Origin: an uncultured bacterium
GTDB taxonomy: Bacteria > Acidobacteriota > Thermoanaerobaculia > Multivoradales > JAHZIX01
NCBI GenBank assembly: GCA_965368975.1
Contig: CBDUPA010000040.1
Location: forward strand, 1-28,517
Direction: 5' to 3'
DNA length: 28,517 bases
Made by a program: the position numbers and the translations under genes
The notes under the pieces: model-generated
The model's input: only the letters and a program-made list of their open reading frames with translations
What the model was told of the DNA's origin: nothing
Databases searched by the model: none
Shown here: piece by piece, positions 8,892 through 16,608 of the stretch
Layout of the letters: the number at the start of each line of letters is the position of its first letter
Numbering within the stretch: the stretch's first letter is position 1

Positions 8892-9335
8892 ATGATGCGA
8901 CGCTGGTCTCTCGTACTGCTGGCGGTGGCTCCACCGCTGATTTTGCTCTGTTTCCTCCTGCCGGGATCGCACCTTGGAGCGTGGTTTCCCCTCGCGTGGG
9001 CGCAGCTGCTGAGTGCGGTCTTGGTGCTGCTACTGCCGGTGGCGATGTGTGTGCTGGGGGCCGCGCGCGATGGCGAGCTGGGACCGCTGCGCATGCCGCT
9101 GTGGACACTGGCCGTGCTATTGCAGCTGTCGATGCTGGCGATGGTCTGGCTTTCCGGTCGCCCCGACGTGACGGTGGCGGGGTTGCCGGCGGCGATGGTG
9201 GTGATGCTGCTCGGCCTGGGATTGGGACCGCTACTGCTGACCTGCTGGGCCTACGCCGCGGCCTTCGACGGCTTCACCTTGACCGAAGACGATCTGCGGC
9301 GTTTGCGGACCTTGACGCCAGAGCAGGAGCGCTGA
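8892..9335 (+). CDS. Small multi-pass membrane protein, probable symporter partner
   Basis: About 4 hydrophobic segments. Stop is 1 nt before the symporter start. TAGACT (8878-8883) lies 8 nt before the ATG. Confidence 0.65.
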   Translation: MMRRWSLVLLAVAPPLILLCFLLPGSHLGAWFPLAWAQLLSAVLVLLLPVAMCVLGAARDGELGPLRMPLWTLAVLLQLSMLAMVWLSGRPDVTVAGLPAAMVVMLLGLGLGPLLLTCWAYAAAFDGFTLTEDDLRRLRTLTPEQER

Positions 9336-9336
9336 G

Positions 9337-10896
9337 GTGCAGCTGTTCGACGCTCCTCTCTTCGATCGGCCGCTCTTCCTGAGCGTCGCCCTCGGCTACC
9401 TGGCGCTGGTGCTGGGCGTCGGTTTCTGGGCGGTACGCCGCACACGGACCAGCAAGGACTTCTTCATCGCCGGCCAGGACGTCGGTGTGCTGGTGACCGG
9501 CATGGCGGCGATGTCGGCGGCGTTCTCGGGCTTTGTCTTCCTCGGCGGACCGGGGCTGACCTACCGCCTGGGCATCGCCGCGGCGTTCATCAACGTGCCG
9601 CTCGGCTTCACCGCCGGCATGCTGTGCTGGGTGGTGGGCAAGCGGCTGCGACTGCTGGCCGAAGTGCACGAGGTCTACACCGTGCCGGACGCCGTCTACC
9701 ACCGCTACCGCAGCCGGCGCGCGGCGGCGCTGGCGGCGCTGGCGGTGCTGGTGGGGACGTTGGCGTATCTGGGCGCACAGCTGCTGGCACTTGGACGACT
9801 GATCGAGGCGCTGTTCGACACCCGAGCCCTGTTCGGGACGTCGAGCCTGCCGGCGGCGACGGCGATCGGCTTGCTGATCGTACTGCTCTACGCCGTCGGC
9901 GGCGGCATGCTGGCGGGGGTCTACACGGACCTGGTGCAAGGGTTGCTGATGGTGTCCGCGGCGGTGCTGGTGTTCGGCGTCGCGGTGTCGCAGGCTGGTG
10001 GACTGCCGTCGATCGGTGCGGCGCTCTCCGGTGCGGACATGGCAGGTTCCGAACCGTTCGGTGCCGGTTTCCTCGACCCGCTGGCCGGGGTACCAATCTT
10101 CACCGCGCTCGGCTTTTACTTCGTCTTCGGCCTCGGCACGCTCGGGCAGCCGCACATGCTGCACAAGTTCTACATGCTCGACGATCCGCGCAAGCTGAAG
10201 TGGATGCCCTGGATCCTCGGCGGGTCGCAGGCGATGTGCGTGCTGATCTGGCTGGGGATCGGCCTGGCGGTGCCGACGCTGGTGGTGCAGGGACGCATGG
10301 AGCCGCTGGTCAATGCCGACGACGCGGCGCCGGCGTTCCTGCTCGGCTTCGCTCCCGAGTGGTTGGCTGGCCTGGTGTTCGCGGGCGTGCTGGCGGCGAT
10401 CATGTCGACCGCCGACTCGTTCGTCAATCTGGCGGCGGCCGCGCTCGTGCGCGATCTGCCGCGCGCCCTTGGACGACCGCTGCGGCGTGAGCTGGCCTGG
10501 GCCCGCGTCGCGACGCTGGTGGTGGCCGTGGCGGCGGCGGGCGTGGCGCTGGCCTATGACGACCTGATCGCCCTGCTCGGCACCTTCGGCTTCGGCACCT
10601 TCGGCGCGGCGCTCGGTCCGGCGCTGGCGGTGGGCTTGAACTGGAAGCGCGTGACCGCGACGGCCGCCTCGTGGTCGATCGGCGTCGGGCTGGTGCTCAA
10701 CGTCGCCCTGGAGTTCCTGGCGCGCCAGAGCTACTTCCCGCAGCTGCCAAGGCCGGCGTGGGCGCCTGGCGTGCTACCGACCGCGGTGTCCCTGGCTGCG
10801 TCGTTCACCGTTCTCTTTGCCGTCACCTGGTGGACGACACGACACAAGCCAGCCGAAGAGCTAGACCCGCGCGTCGCGGCGGTGATGGAGATCTAG
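9337..10896 (+). CDS. Sodium:solute symporter (SSS; PutP/PanF-like)
   Basis: DFFIAG, SGFVFLGGPG, GGMLAGVYTDLVQG, GQPH and LAAIMSTADS motifs; many TM segments. Confidence 0.92.
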   Translation: MQLFDAPLFDRPLFLSVALGYLALVLGVGFWAVRRTRTSKDFFIAGQDVGVLVTGMAAMSAAFSGFVFLGGPGLTYRLGIAAAFINVPLGFTAGMLCWVVGKRLRLLAEVHEVYTVPDAVYHRYRSRRAAALAALAVLVGTLAYLGAQLLALGRLIEALFDTRALFGTSSLPAATAIGLLIVLLYAVGGGMLAGVYTDLVQGLLMVSAAVLVFGVAVSQAGGLPSIGAALSGADMAGSEPFGAGFLDPLAGVPIFTALGFYFVFGLGTLGQPHMLHKFYMLDDPRKLKWMPWILGGSQAMCVLIWLGIGLAVPTLVVQGRMEPLVNADDAAPAFLLGFAPEWLAGLVFAGVLAAIMSTADSFVNLAAAALVRDLPRALGRPLRRELAWARVATLVVAVAAAGVALAYDDLIALLGTFGFGTFGAALGPALAVGLNWKRVTATAASWSIGVGLVLNVALEFLARQSYFPQLPRPAWAPGVLPTAVSLAASFTVLFAVTWWTTRHKPAEELDPRVAAVMEI

Positions 10897-10902
10897 CTGT
10901 AG

Positions 10903-10998
10903 CGGCGGAGCCGCTCAGGGAGCACAGTCGGCGGAGCCGCTCGGGGAAAATAGTGGGCAGAGCCGCTCGGGGAGCACAGTCGGCGGAGCGGCTCGGGA
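10903..10998. repeat. 26-bp tandem repeat x~4 with palindromic core GAGC-n-GCTC
   Basis: cggcggagccgctcagggagcacagt / cggcggagccgctcggggaaaatagt / gggcagagccgctcggggagcacagt / cggcggagcggctcggga. Confidence 0.88.
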
Positions 10999-11011
10999 AT
11001 GAAACCGCGGC

Positions 11012-11803
11012 TCAGAACTGTACGTACTTCAGGAAGAACTCGGCGGGCTCGATCTGCCGCGACATCAACTCGTCGGCCATTTCGGAGTCTAGCCGGAACT
11101 GCCCGGCCCGCTGATTCTCCGTCGTGATCAGCAGCAGGTCGATACCGCCCAGGCGGTTCCCGTACTGCTCACGAGCGTCCAGCAGCGCCTTGGCGCTGAC
11201 CGTGACGGCGCGGAACACCGAGGCTTCCGAGTTCGTCGACACCTCGATCAGGGGGCGGTCGCCACCGGTACCATGAAAAATACTCACCGAATCGACCTGA
11301 TACGTCCGGTAGGTCTTCTGCAATTCGCCGGCGATTTCCAGCTCACCGTAGGGCTGGCGCGGCAGGCTGAGCAGGTCTGTGAAGCCAGCCTCGGTGCGCG
11401 GCACGTCGCTGGTCTCGAGCTCGGGACGCGCTTCACGGCGGCTGCCTGGCAACCGGCGCAGTCCGGCGGAACGCTGGTTGATCAGGTCGGAGAGCGTGGC
11501 CTTCGGACCGTCGACCTCTTCGGGCGTCGGCGGCTCGGGTTCCTCGAAGGTGTCGATCTGCACCGCGCTGCCAAAGCCAGAGCTGTTGACTTCTTCGGTC
11601 GCGGCGGCATCGATCTGGTCCAGCTGGTACGACACGCGGGTGCCATTGAGCAGCGTGACGATGGCCGTGTCACCGCGGACCTCGTACTTCTCGCGCGCCT
11701 CGATGCGGTTGCCGTTCTTGAGCACCACGAGGTAGTCGGCCGCGGCGGGCAGCGTCAGGCCGGCGGTGAGCAGGCAGAACAGGCAGATTCGCAGGGTTCG
11801 CAT
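11012..11803 (-). CDS. Secreted hypothetical protein
   Basis: Sec signal (AAA-D cleavage), small beta domain VVLKNGNRI...TLLNG, acidic linker. GGAG RBS upstream and typical GC3 codon bias. Confidence 0.75.
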   Translation of the reverse strand: MRTLRICLFCLLTAGLTLPAAADYLVVLKNGNRIEAREKYEVRGDTAIVTLLNGTRVSYQLDQIDAAATEEVNSSGFGSAVQIDTFEEPEPPTPEEVDGPKATLSDLINQRSAGLRRLPGSRREARPELETSDVPRTEAGFTDLLSLPRQPYGELEIAGELQKTYRTYQVDSVSIFHGTGGDRPLIEVSTNSEASVFRAVTVSAKALLDAREQYGNRLGGIDLLLITTENQRAGQFRLDSEMADELMSRQIEPAEFFLKYVQF

Positions 11804-11927
11804 GAGGCGATCTCCTTTGCGGCCTCGGTGAGGGGCCGCGGTCGACCGGGTAAATGGCGCGTTGCCGCCAGGCTCGGCGGCAACTCCGCAACAGAAGAAA
11901 GCCTACCACGGCGGCAGGTCGCTGCTT

Positions 11928-11936
11928 TGGTATGAT
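11928..11936 (+). promoter_or_regulatory. Extended -10 (TGGTATGAT) upstream of aroF
   Basis: TGnTATGAT about 90 nt before the aroF ATG; GAGGAG RBS at 12015-12020. Confidence 0.6.
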
Positions 11937-11970
11937 ACTAAGCTCGGAACCGGCGTTCGCCGGTGTACCG

Positions 11971-12012
11971 GGAGCTGTAGCACCGGAGCTGCAGCACCTG
12001 AGCCCTAGCACA
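11971..12012 (+). repeat. 14-bp tandem repeat x3 in the aroF leader
   Basis: ggagctgtagcacc ggagctgcagcacc tgagccctagcaca. Confidence 0.7.
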
Positions 12013-12026
12013 ACGAGGAGCCGAAG

Positions 12027-13064
12027 ATGCTGGTCGTAATGAAGATGGACGCCACCGCCAAAGACATTGATGGCGTCAACCGCAAGATCGAGTCCCTGGG
12101 ACTCAAGCCGCACCCGATCTCCGGGGCGCAACGGACGGCGATCGGTATGACCGGCAACCTCGGTGCGGTCGAGACGGTGCATTTCCAGAACCTACCCGGC
12201 GTCTTCGAGGTGATTCGTGTCAGTCACCCGTACAAGCTGGTGTCGCGCGAGTTCAAGCCCGACAACACGCATATCGAGATCGGCGACGTCACCATCGGCA
12301 GCGACGATTTGCTGATCATCGCCGGTCCGTGCTCGGTCGAGAGCTACGAGCAAATGCTCAGCGTCGCCCGCGACATCCGCGCCGCCGGTGCCCACATGCT
12401 GCGCGGCGGTGCCTACAAGCCGCGTACCAGTCCCTACTCCTTCCAAGGCTTGGGCGTCCCGGGCCTCGAGATCTTGGCACGCGTGCGCGAGGAGACCGGT
12501 CTACCGGTGGTCACCGAGGCGCTGGATACCGAGACCCTCGACGTGGTCGCCGAGTACGCCGACATGGTGCAGATCGGTGCCCGCAACATGCAGAATTTCA
12601 GCCTGCTCAAGCGTGCCGGTCGCTGTGGCCGTCCCGTGCTGCTCAAGCGCGGCCTGAGCGCGACGCTGGAAGAGTTCCTGCTCGCCGCCGAGTACATCCT
12701 GGACCAGGGCAACGAGAAAGTCGTGCTGTGCGAACGCGGCATCCGCACCTTCTCGAATCACGCGCGCAACACGCTCGACCTGGCGGCGGTGGTCGCGGCG
12801 CAGCGCATCAGCCACCTGCCGATCATCGCTGATCCGAGCCATGCCAGTGGCGTCAGCCGCAAGGTACGGCCGTTGGCGCGGGCGTCGGTGGCGGCGGGTG
12901 CCGATGGGCTGATGGTCGAGGTGCACAACGCGCCCGCGGACGCTCTGTCGGACGGCAAGCAAGCCCTACTGCCGGGTGAGTTCGCCGACCTGATGGCCGA
13001 GCTGCAGCAGCTGGCACCGGTCGTCGGTCGTCGCCTACCGCAAGCCGCGGTGGTCGCGGGCTGA
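12027..13064 (+). CDS. aroF: 3-deoxy-7-phosphoheptulonate (DAHP) synthase, type I-beta with N-terminal regulatory domain
   Basis: IAGPCSVES, RGGAYKPRTSPYSFQG, QIGARNMQNF, LCERGIRTF and DPSHA motifs. Confidence 0.96.
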   Translation: MLVVMKMDATAKDIDGVNRKIESLGLKPHPISGAQRTAIGMTGNLGAVETVHFQNLPGVFEVIRVSHPYKLVSREFKPDNTHIEIGDVTIGSDDLLIIAGPCSVESYEQMLSVARDIRAAGAHMLRGGAYKPRTSPYSFQGLGVPGLEILARVREETGLPVVTEALDTETLDVVAEYADMVQIGARNMQNFSLLKRAGRCGRPVLLKRGLSATLEEFLLAAEYILDQGNEKVVLCERGIRTFSNHARNTLDLAAVVAAQRISHLPIIADPSHASGVSRKVRPLARASVAAGADGLMVEVHNAPADALSDGKQALLPGEFADLMAELQQLAPVVGRRLPQAAVVAG

Positions 13065-13072
13065 GCCCTTCG

Positions 13073-14482
13073 GTGGCGTCCCGCCACGGATCGCCGCACG
13101 CCAGTATTCCTCTCGACGGACCGCTGACCTGGGTGCTGGCGTGGCGCTTTCTGCGCGGTCGACCGATTGCCGGCTCTGCGTCCAAAACGGGTGCAGGGTC
13201 GGAGGAGGCGCCCGCTCGTGCCGGCCTGCGTCGCCAGCGCTGGCTCGGTGGTACCGCCCGCGCGGCCCTCGCCTCGACGGGCTTGGGCGTTGCCGCCATG
13301 CTGGTTGCGATGGCGCTGATGACGGGCTACACCGACGATCTGCGGCGCAAGCTGGCGAGCGGCAATGCCGCGGTGCTGGCGATTCCGATCGGCCAGGTAC
13401 CTCTGAACGAGGTCCATCAGCTAGCCGATGATGCGGCTTCCCAGAGCGCCGCGCGCCTGGCTCGTGTCGAGGCCCTGCCCGGTGTCGCCCGCGTCAGCCC
13501 CGTGGTGCTGGGCCAGGGATCTCTGTCACGCGGAGCCGCGACCGGTGCGCGTGGCGCCTTCGACCCGGACGCCGGCGTCGACGTGACCCTGCGCGGAGTT
13601 CGTCCAGGTTTGTCGTCGGGCGCGGGACCGGATGCCAGCAACCCCTTCGCCGCGCGCGCCGAGCACCTGCAGCCCGACGCCGACGGCATCTACGGCGCCG
13701 TGCTGGGCGCCGAGCTGGCGCACCGCCTGGGTGTCGAACCGGGCGACCCCCTGCGTCTCGTCGCGGTCGGCTTCGACAACGGCCGTCCGCGCTTCCGTTA
13801 CCGCAGCCTGCGCTACACCGACACCTTCAGCACGGGCTTCGCCGAGTTCGACAACAGCTGGCTCTTGCTCGACCTCGACCTGGCGGGCGACCTGATCGGC
13901 AACCAACTCGGCAGCACCATGTACGAGATCGCACCGGTCGATCTCGACGACGCCAACGACATCGCCGAGCAGGTCGAGGCGATCCTCGGCCCCAACTACC
14001 TGGTCAGCAACTGGCTCGACCTCAACCGCGGCTTATTCCAGGCGCTCGAACTGCAGAAGTTGTGGCTCTTCCTGGTTCTCGGCCTGATCGTCTTCGTCTC
14101 CACCTTCAACGTCGCCTCGACCCTCCTCGTCGCCGTGCGCGAGCGCATGCGCGATCTCGGCGTCCTGAGTGCTCTGGGGTTGTCCCCACAGCGCCTGCGC
14201 CGCGTCTTCCTGATCTACGGTTCGCTGCTCGGTGGCCTCGGTATTGCTCTAGGTCTCGCTGCAGGCTTGCTGATCACCTGGGTGTTCAACACCTTCGAGC
14301 TGATCCGCTTCGACGCCGAGGTTGCGGCGATCTATTTCATCGACGCCGTGCGCTTCCAGGTGCGGGTGGGGGACGTCGCTGCGATCGTCGCGTTTGCGCT
14401 GGCGGTCAACTTGCTGGCGTGTCTACTACCGGCGCGGCGGGCGGCGCGGCTGGATCCGGCGTCGGCGTTGCGGTACGAGTAG
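13073..14482 (+). CDS. LolC/E-like (FtsX/MacB family) ABC transporter permease
   Basis: N-terminal TM, periplasmic domain, ERMRDLGVLSALG, and C-terminal PARRAARLDPASALRYE. Confidence 0.9.
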   Translation: MASRHGSPHASIPLDGPLTWVLAWRFLRGRPIAGSASKTGAGSEEAPARAGLRRQRWLGGTARAALASTGLGVAAMLVAMALMTGYTDDLRRKLASGNAAVLAIPIGQVPLNEVHQLADDAASQSAARLARVEALPGVARVSPVVLGQGSLSRGAATGARGAFDPDAGVDVTLRGVRPGLSSGAGPDASNPFAARAEHLQPDADGIYGAVLGAELAHRLGVEPGDPLRLVAVGFDNGRPRFRYRSLRYTDTFSTGFAEFDNSWLLLDLDLAGDLIGNQLGSTMYEIAPVDLDDANDIAEQVEAILGPNYLVSNWLDLNRGLFQALELQKLWLFLVLGLIVFVSTFNVASTLLVAVRERMRDLGVLSALGLSPQRLRRVFLIYGSLLGGLGIALGLAAGLLITWVFNTFELIRFDAEVAAIYFIDAVRFQVRVGDVAAIVAFALAVNLLACLLPARRAARLDPASALRYE

Positions 14483-14490
14483 CGCCCTGT

Positions 14491-14533
14491 GGAATACTCT
14501 GGAATGACTCGGGTATGACTATGGTGCTACCAT
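14491..14533 (+). promoter_or_regulatory. TA promoter/operator: ~10-bp periodic GGAAT(G)ACT/GGTATGACT boxes plus extended -10 TGCTACCAT
   Basis: ggaatactct ggaatgactc gggtatgact, then TGCTACCAT (14525-14533) ending 6 nt before the ATG at 14540. Confidence 0.5.
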
Positions 14534-14539
14534 GGAGCC

Positions 14540-14776
14540 ATGAAGATTGGAGTGTCTCTACCCGACAACCTCGTCAGCTTTGCTGACGAAGAAGCGCGCC
14601 GACGCCAGACGTCGAGATCGGGGCTGCTCGCGCAACTGCTGCGCTCCGAACTCGTACGCCAACAAACCAAGGAATACATCGATCGTCACGGCTGGGACGT
14701 GGCCGAGGACGAGGAGGGCTGGCGCGAGTATCAGCGCAAGCGAATGGCCGAAGAGTACGGCAACGATGATTGGTGA
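14540..14776 (+). CDS. Ribbon-helix-helix (CopG-like) antitoxin
   Basis: MKIGVSLPD...EEARRRQTSRSGLLAQLL RHH pattern, acidic C-terminus, overlaps the toxin gene. Confidence 0.85.
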   Translation: MKIGVSLPDNLVSFADEEARRRQTSRSGLLAQLLRSELVRQQTKEYIDRHGWDVAEDEEGWREYQRKRMAEEYGNDDW

Positions 14777-15101
14777 GCGAGACCTACCCAGTCGTGGGGA
14801 GGTCTGGTGGGCTCGCACGGACAAGCGCCGCCCGGTTGTGGTGGTGCAGACAGATTCGGTCCGTCAACCCGGAGTACGTTCTCTTCTCGTAGTTCCCTTG
14901 ACGAGTCGCTTGCATCTCGAAGGTCTGCCGGGCAACGTGCGTCTGGCGCGCTCGAGTACAGGGTTGCCGAAGACCTCTGTGGCAAATGTCTACGACCTGC
15001 AGAAGATCCTCCGCGCTGACTTTCTCGGCCGGGTGGGCAAGCTGCAAACAGCAGATCTGGTGAGCTTGGATGAGGGTATGCGGCTAGTTCTGGAACTCTA
15101 G
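14766..15101 (+). CDS. PemK/MazF-family endoribonuclease toxin
   Basis: RGEVWW...KRRPVVVVQ...VVPLTS...GNV...GLPKTSVAN...RVGKL. Start set at MIGERD. Confidence 0.92.
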   Translation: MIGERDLPSRGEVWWARTDKRRPVVVVQTDSVRQPGVRSLLVVPLTSRLHLEGLPGNVRLARSSTGLPKTSVANVYDLQKILRADFLGRVGKLQTADLVSLDEGMRLVLEL

Positions 15102-15211
15102 GTCGTCGCCGCGATCGCCGTTTTGCACTGGCGGGCAATCTGCTGGCGTGCCTGTTGCCCGCGCGTCGGGCGGCGAGGCTGGACCCGGCGTCGGCGTTGC
15201 GGTACGAGTAG
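15102..15211 (+). pseudogene. Duplicated 3' fragment (~36 codons) of the LolC/E-like permease gene; direct repeat of 14372-14482
   Basis: Translates to ..FALAGNLLACLLPARRAARLDPASALRYE*. The last 27 bp are identical to the permease end; there is a 1-nt deletion near 15120. Confidence 0.92.
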
Positions 15212-15242
15212 GGTCTCGGAGAGCAGAGTCCCCATCACTGTG

Positions 15243-15251
15243 TGCTAGGCT
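15243..15251 (+). promoter_or_regulatory. Extended -10 (TGCTAGGCT) for the second TA module
   Basis: TGnTAnnnT about 25 nt before the ATG at 15276, followed by an AAAGGT RBS. Confidence 0.5.
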
Positions 15252-15275
15252 GCTTGAGATCGAAAGGTAACTACC

Positions 15276-15494
15276 ATGACTCAGGTGCAATATCTGACCG
15301 ACCAAGATGGCAAGCCTCAAGCCGTCGTCGTCCCCATTGATCTCTGGCGTCGCGTGCTACCGCAGCAAGACGCTTCCGTGGAGGAGCTGAGCGAAGCTCT
15401 CGAAGACTACTGCCTGGGCAGGGCCATGGACGAGGGGGAAGAGACTCCGCTGCTGAATCGGGAGGAAGCTCTCGCGTTTCTCGAGGACGAGTAG
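15276..15494 (+). CDS. Putative antitoxin (RelE partner)
   Basis: QYLTDQDGKPQAVVVP N-terminus and acidic LEDYCLGRAMDEG...REEALAFL C-terminus, directly upstream of the RelE-like gene. Confidence 0.78.
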   Translation: MTQVQYLTDQDGKPQAVVVPIDLWRRVLPQQDASVEELSEALEDYCLGRAMDEGEETPLLNREEALAFLEDE

Positions 15495-15511
15495 AGGCTC
15501 GGAATTCAGCA

Positions 15512-15781
15512 GTGGAAGTCCGATACCGGCAGTCGTTCCTGCGTGATCTCAAGAAACTCAAGAAGCATCCTTCATACCCCAAGATCTTCAGTCTGGTCTT
15601 TGAGACTCTGCCTGCCGCTCAAGCTCTGAACGTTGTGCCTGGTGTGAAGGCACTCCGCGGGCACTCCCATCGATACCGAATCCGCGTCGGGAGTTACCGA
15701 GTTGGGCTCCAACTGGCGGGTGGCATTGTCGAGCTGGTTCGCGTTCTGGATCGGCGAGAGTTCTACCGCTACTTTCCGTAG
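15512..15781 (+). CDS. RelE/StbE-family toxin
   Basis: SFLRDLKKL...VKALRG...YRIRVGSYRVG...RVLDRREFYRYFP; basic, 89 aa. Confidence 0.92.
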   Translation: MEVRYRQSFLRDLKKLKKHPSYPKIFSLVFETLPAAQALNVVPGVKALRGHSHRYRIRVGSYRVGLQLAGGIVELVRVLDRREFYRYFP

Positions 15782-15813
15782 CTTCCGGGCAAGCACTCAC
15801 TGCCGTCCTGAGC

Positions 15814-16608
15814 TCACAGGCCCGCGTACACCGCCGGCCGCCGATCCTTCAAGAACCCCAACCGTCCCCGCACGTCCGCCACCCGCCCCGCATCGACGAT
15901 TCCACTCAGCATCCCCTCCTGTCCCGCGACGCCTGCCAGCTGCTCACCGAGGGGATCGAGCAAGGCCGAACAGCCACGGTATGAATTGCCGTTGGGGTCT
16001 TCACCATAGCGATTGACGCCGAGGACGAAGGCCTGATTCTCGATCGCGCGTGCGACCAGGAGGCTGGACCAGGCACCGACGCGGGCGTCGGGCCAGTTGG
16101 CGACGACGACGAAGAGATCGGTGCGTTCGGCGGCGGCGCGGAAGGGTTCGGGGAAGCGCAGGTCGTAGCACACCAGGGCGATGACGCGGACGCCGTCGAT
16201 GTCGCAGCTGGGGAGCGTCGTGCCGCCGGCGTAGTGTTCGTGCTCGCCGGCGAGGGAGAAGGGGTGGATCTTGTGGTACCTGGTGGCCTCGGTGCCGTCG
16301 GGGGCGTAGAAGGAGCAGGCATTGCGCGGTCGCTCGCTGCCGGGCGCCGGGGTGTCGGCGTAGCCGGCCATCAGCCAGACGCCGAGGCGCTGCGACAGGG
16401 CGCCGAGGAAATCGCGGGTGGCTTCGGCGTGCGGGGCGACGCGCTGGGCGTCCATGGAGAAGCCGGTGTTGAACATTTCTGGCAGCACGAGCAATTGGCT
16501 ACCGGCGGCGGCAGCGCGTTCGGCCAGCTGGGTGGCGCGACGGAAGTTCTCGTCCGGGTCTTCCCAGGCGATGTCGAGTTGCAGACCGGCGACCTGGATT
16601 CGACTCAT
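15814..16608 (-). CDS. Carbon-nitrogen hydrolase (omega-amidase, YafV/MtnU-like)
   Basis: E-K-C triad in LPEMFNTG, YHKIHPF and VCYDLRFPE; also ARAIENQ. Confidence 0.92.
   Translation of the reverse strand: MSRIQVAGLQLDIAWEDPDENFRRATQLAERAAAAGSQLLVLPEMFNTGFSMDAQRVAPHAEATRDFLGALSQRLGVWLMAGYADTPAPGSERPRNACSFYAPDGTEATRYHKIHPFSLAGEHEHYAGGTTLPSCDIDGVRVIALVCYDLRFPEPFRAAAERTDLFVVVANWPDARVGAWSSLLVARAIENQAFVLGVNRYGEDPNGNSYRGCSALLDPLGEQLAGVAGQEGMLSGIVDAGRVADVRGRLGFLKDRRPAVYAGL

Noticed and set aside
8729-9094. N-terminal extensions of the ORF-track calls 7469..9094(-) and 8685..9335(+)
   Set aside because: They overlap each other. Family-like sequence and RBS/promoter signals support starts at 8728 and 8892.
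10903-10998. 26-bp repeats as a CRISPR array
   Set aside because: Units are contiguous with no unique spacers, and there are no cas genes in the window.
12027-13064. aroF as a dedicated NRPS precursor-supply gene
   Set aside because: It retains the regulatory N-terminal domain, is co-oriented with a housekeeping-type permease, and no clear aromatic A-domain code is visible.
14547-14765. 184-aa version of the MazF ORF
   Set aside because: The extension overlaps the antitoxin in another frame; the toxin fold begins near 14766.
14372-15211. Permease-tail duplicate as a DGR TR/VR pair or an assembly artefact
   Set aside because: Mismatches are mostly synonymous and not adenine-specific. The copies are too diverged for a mis-assembly.
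14483-15813. Integron cassettes or an IS element carrying the TA modules
   Set aside because: No attC-like RYYYAAC...GTTRRRY structure, integrase, transposase or terminal inverted repeats recognised.
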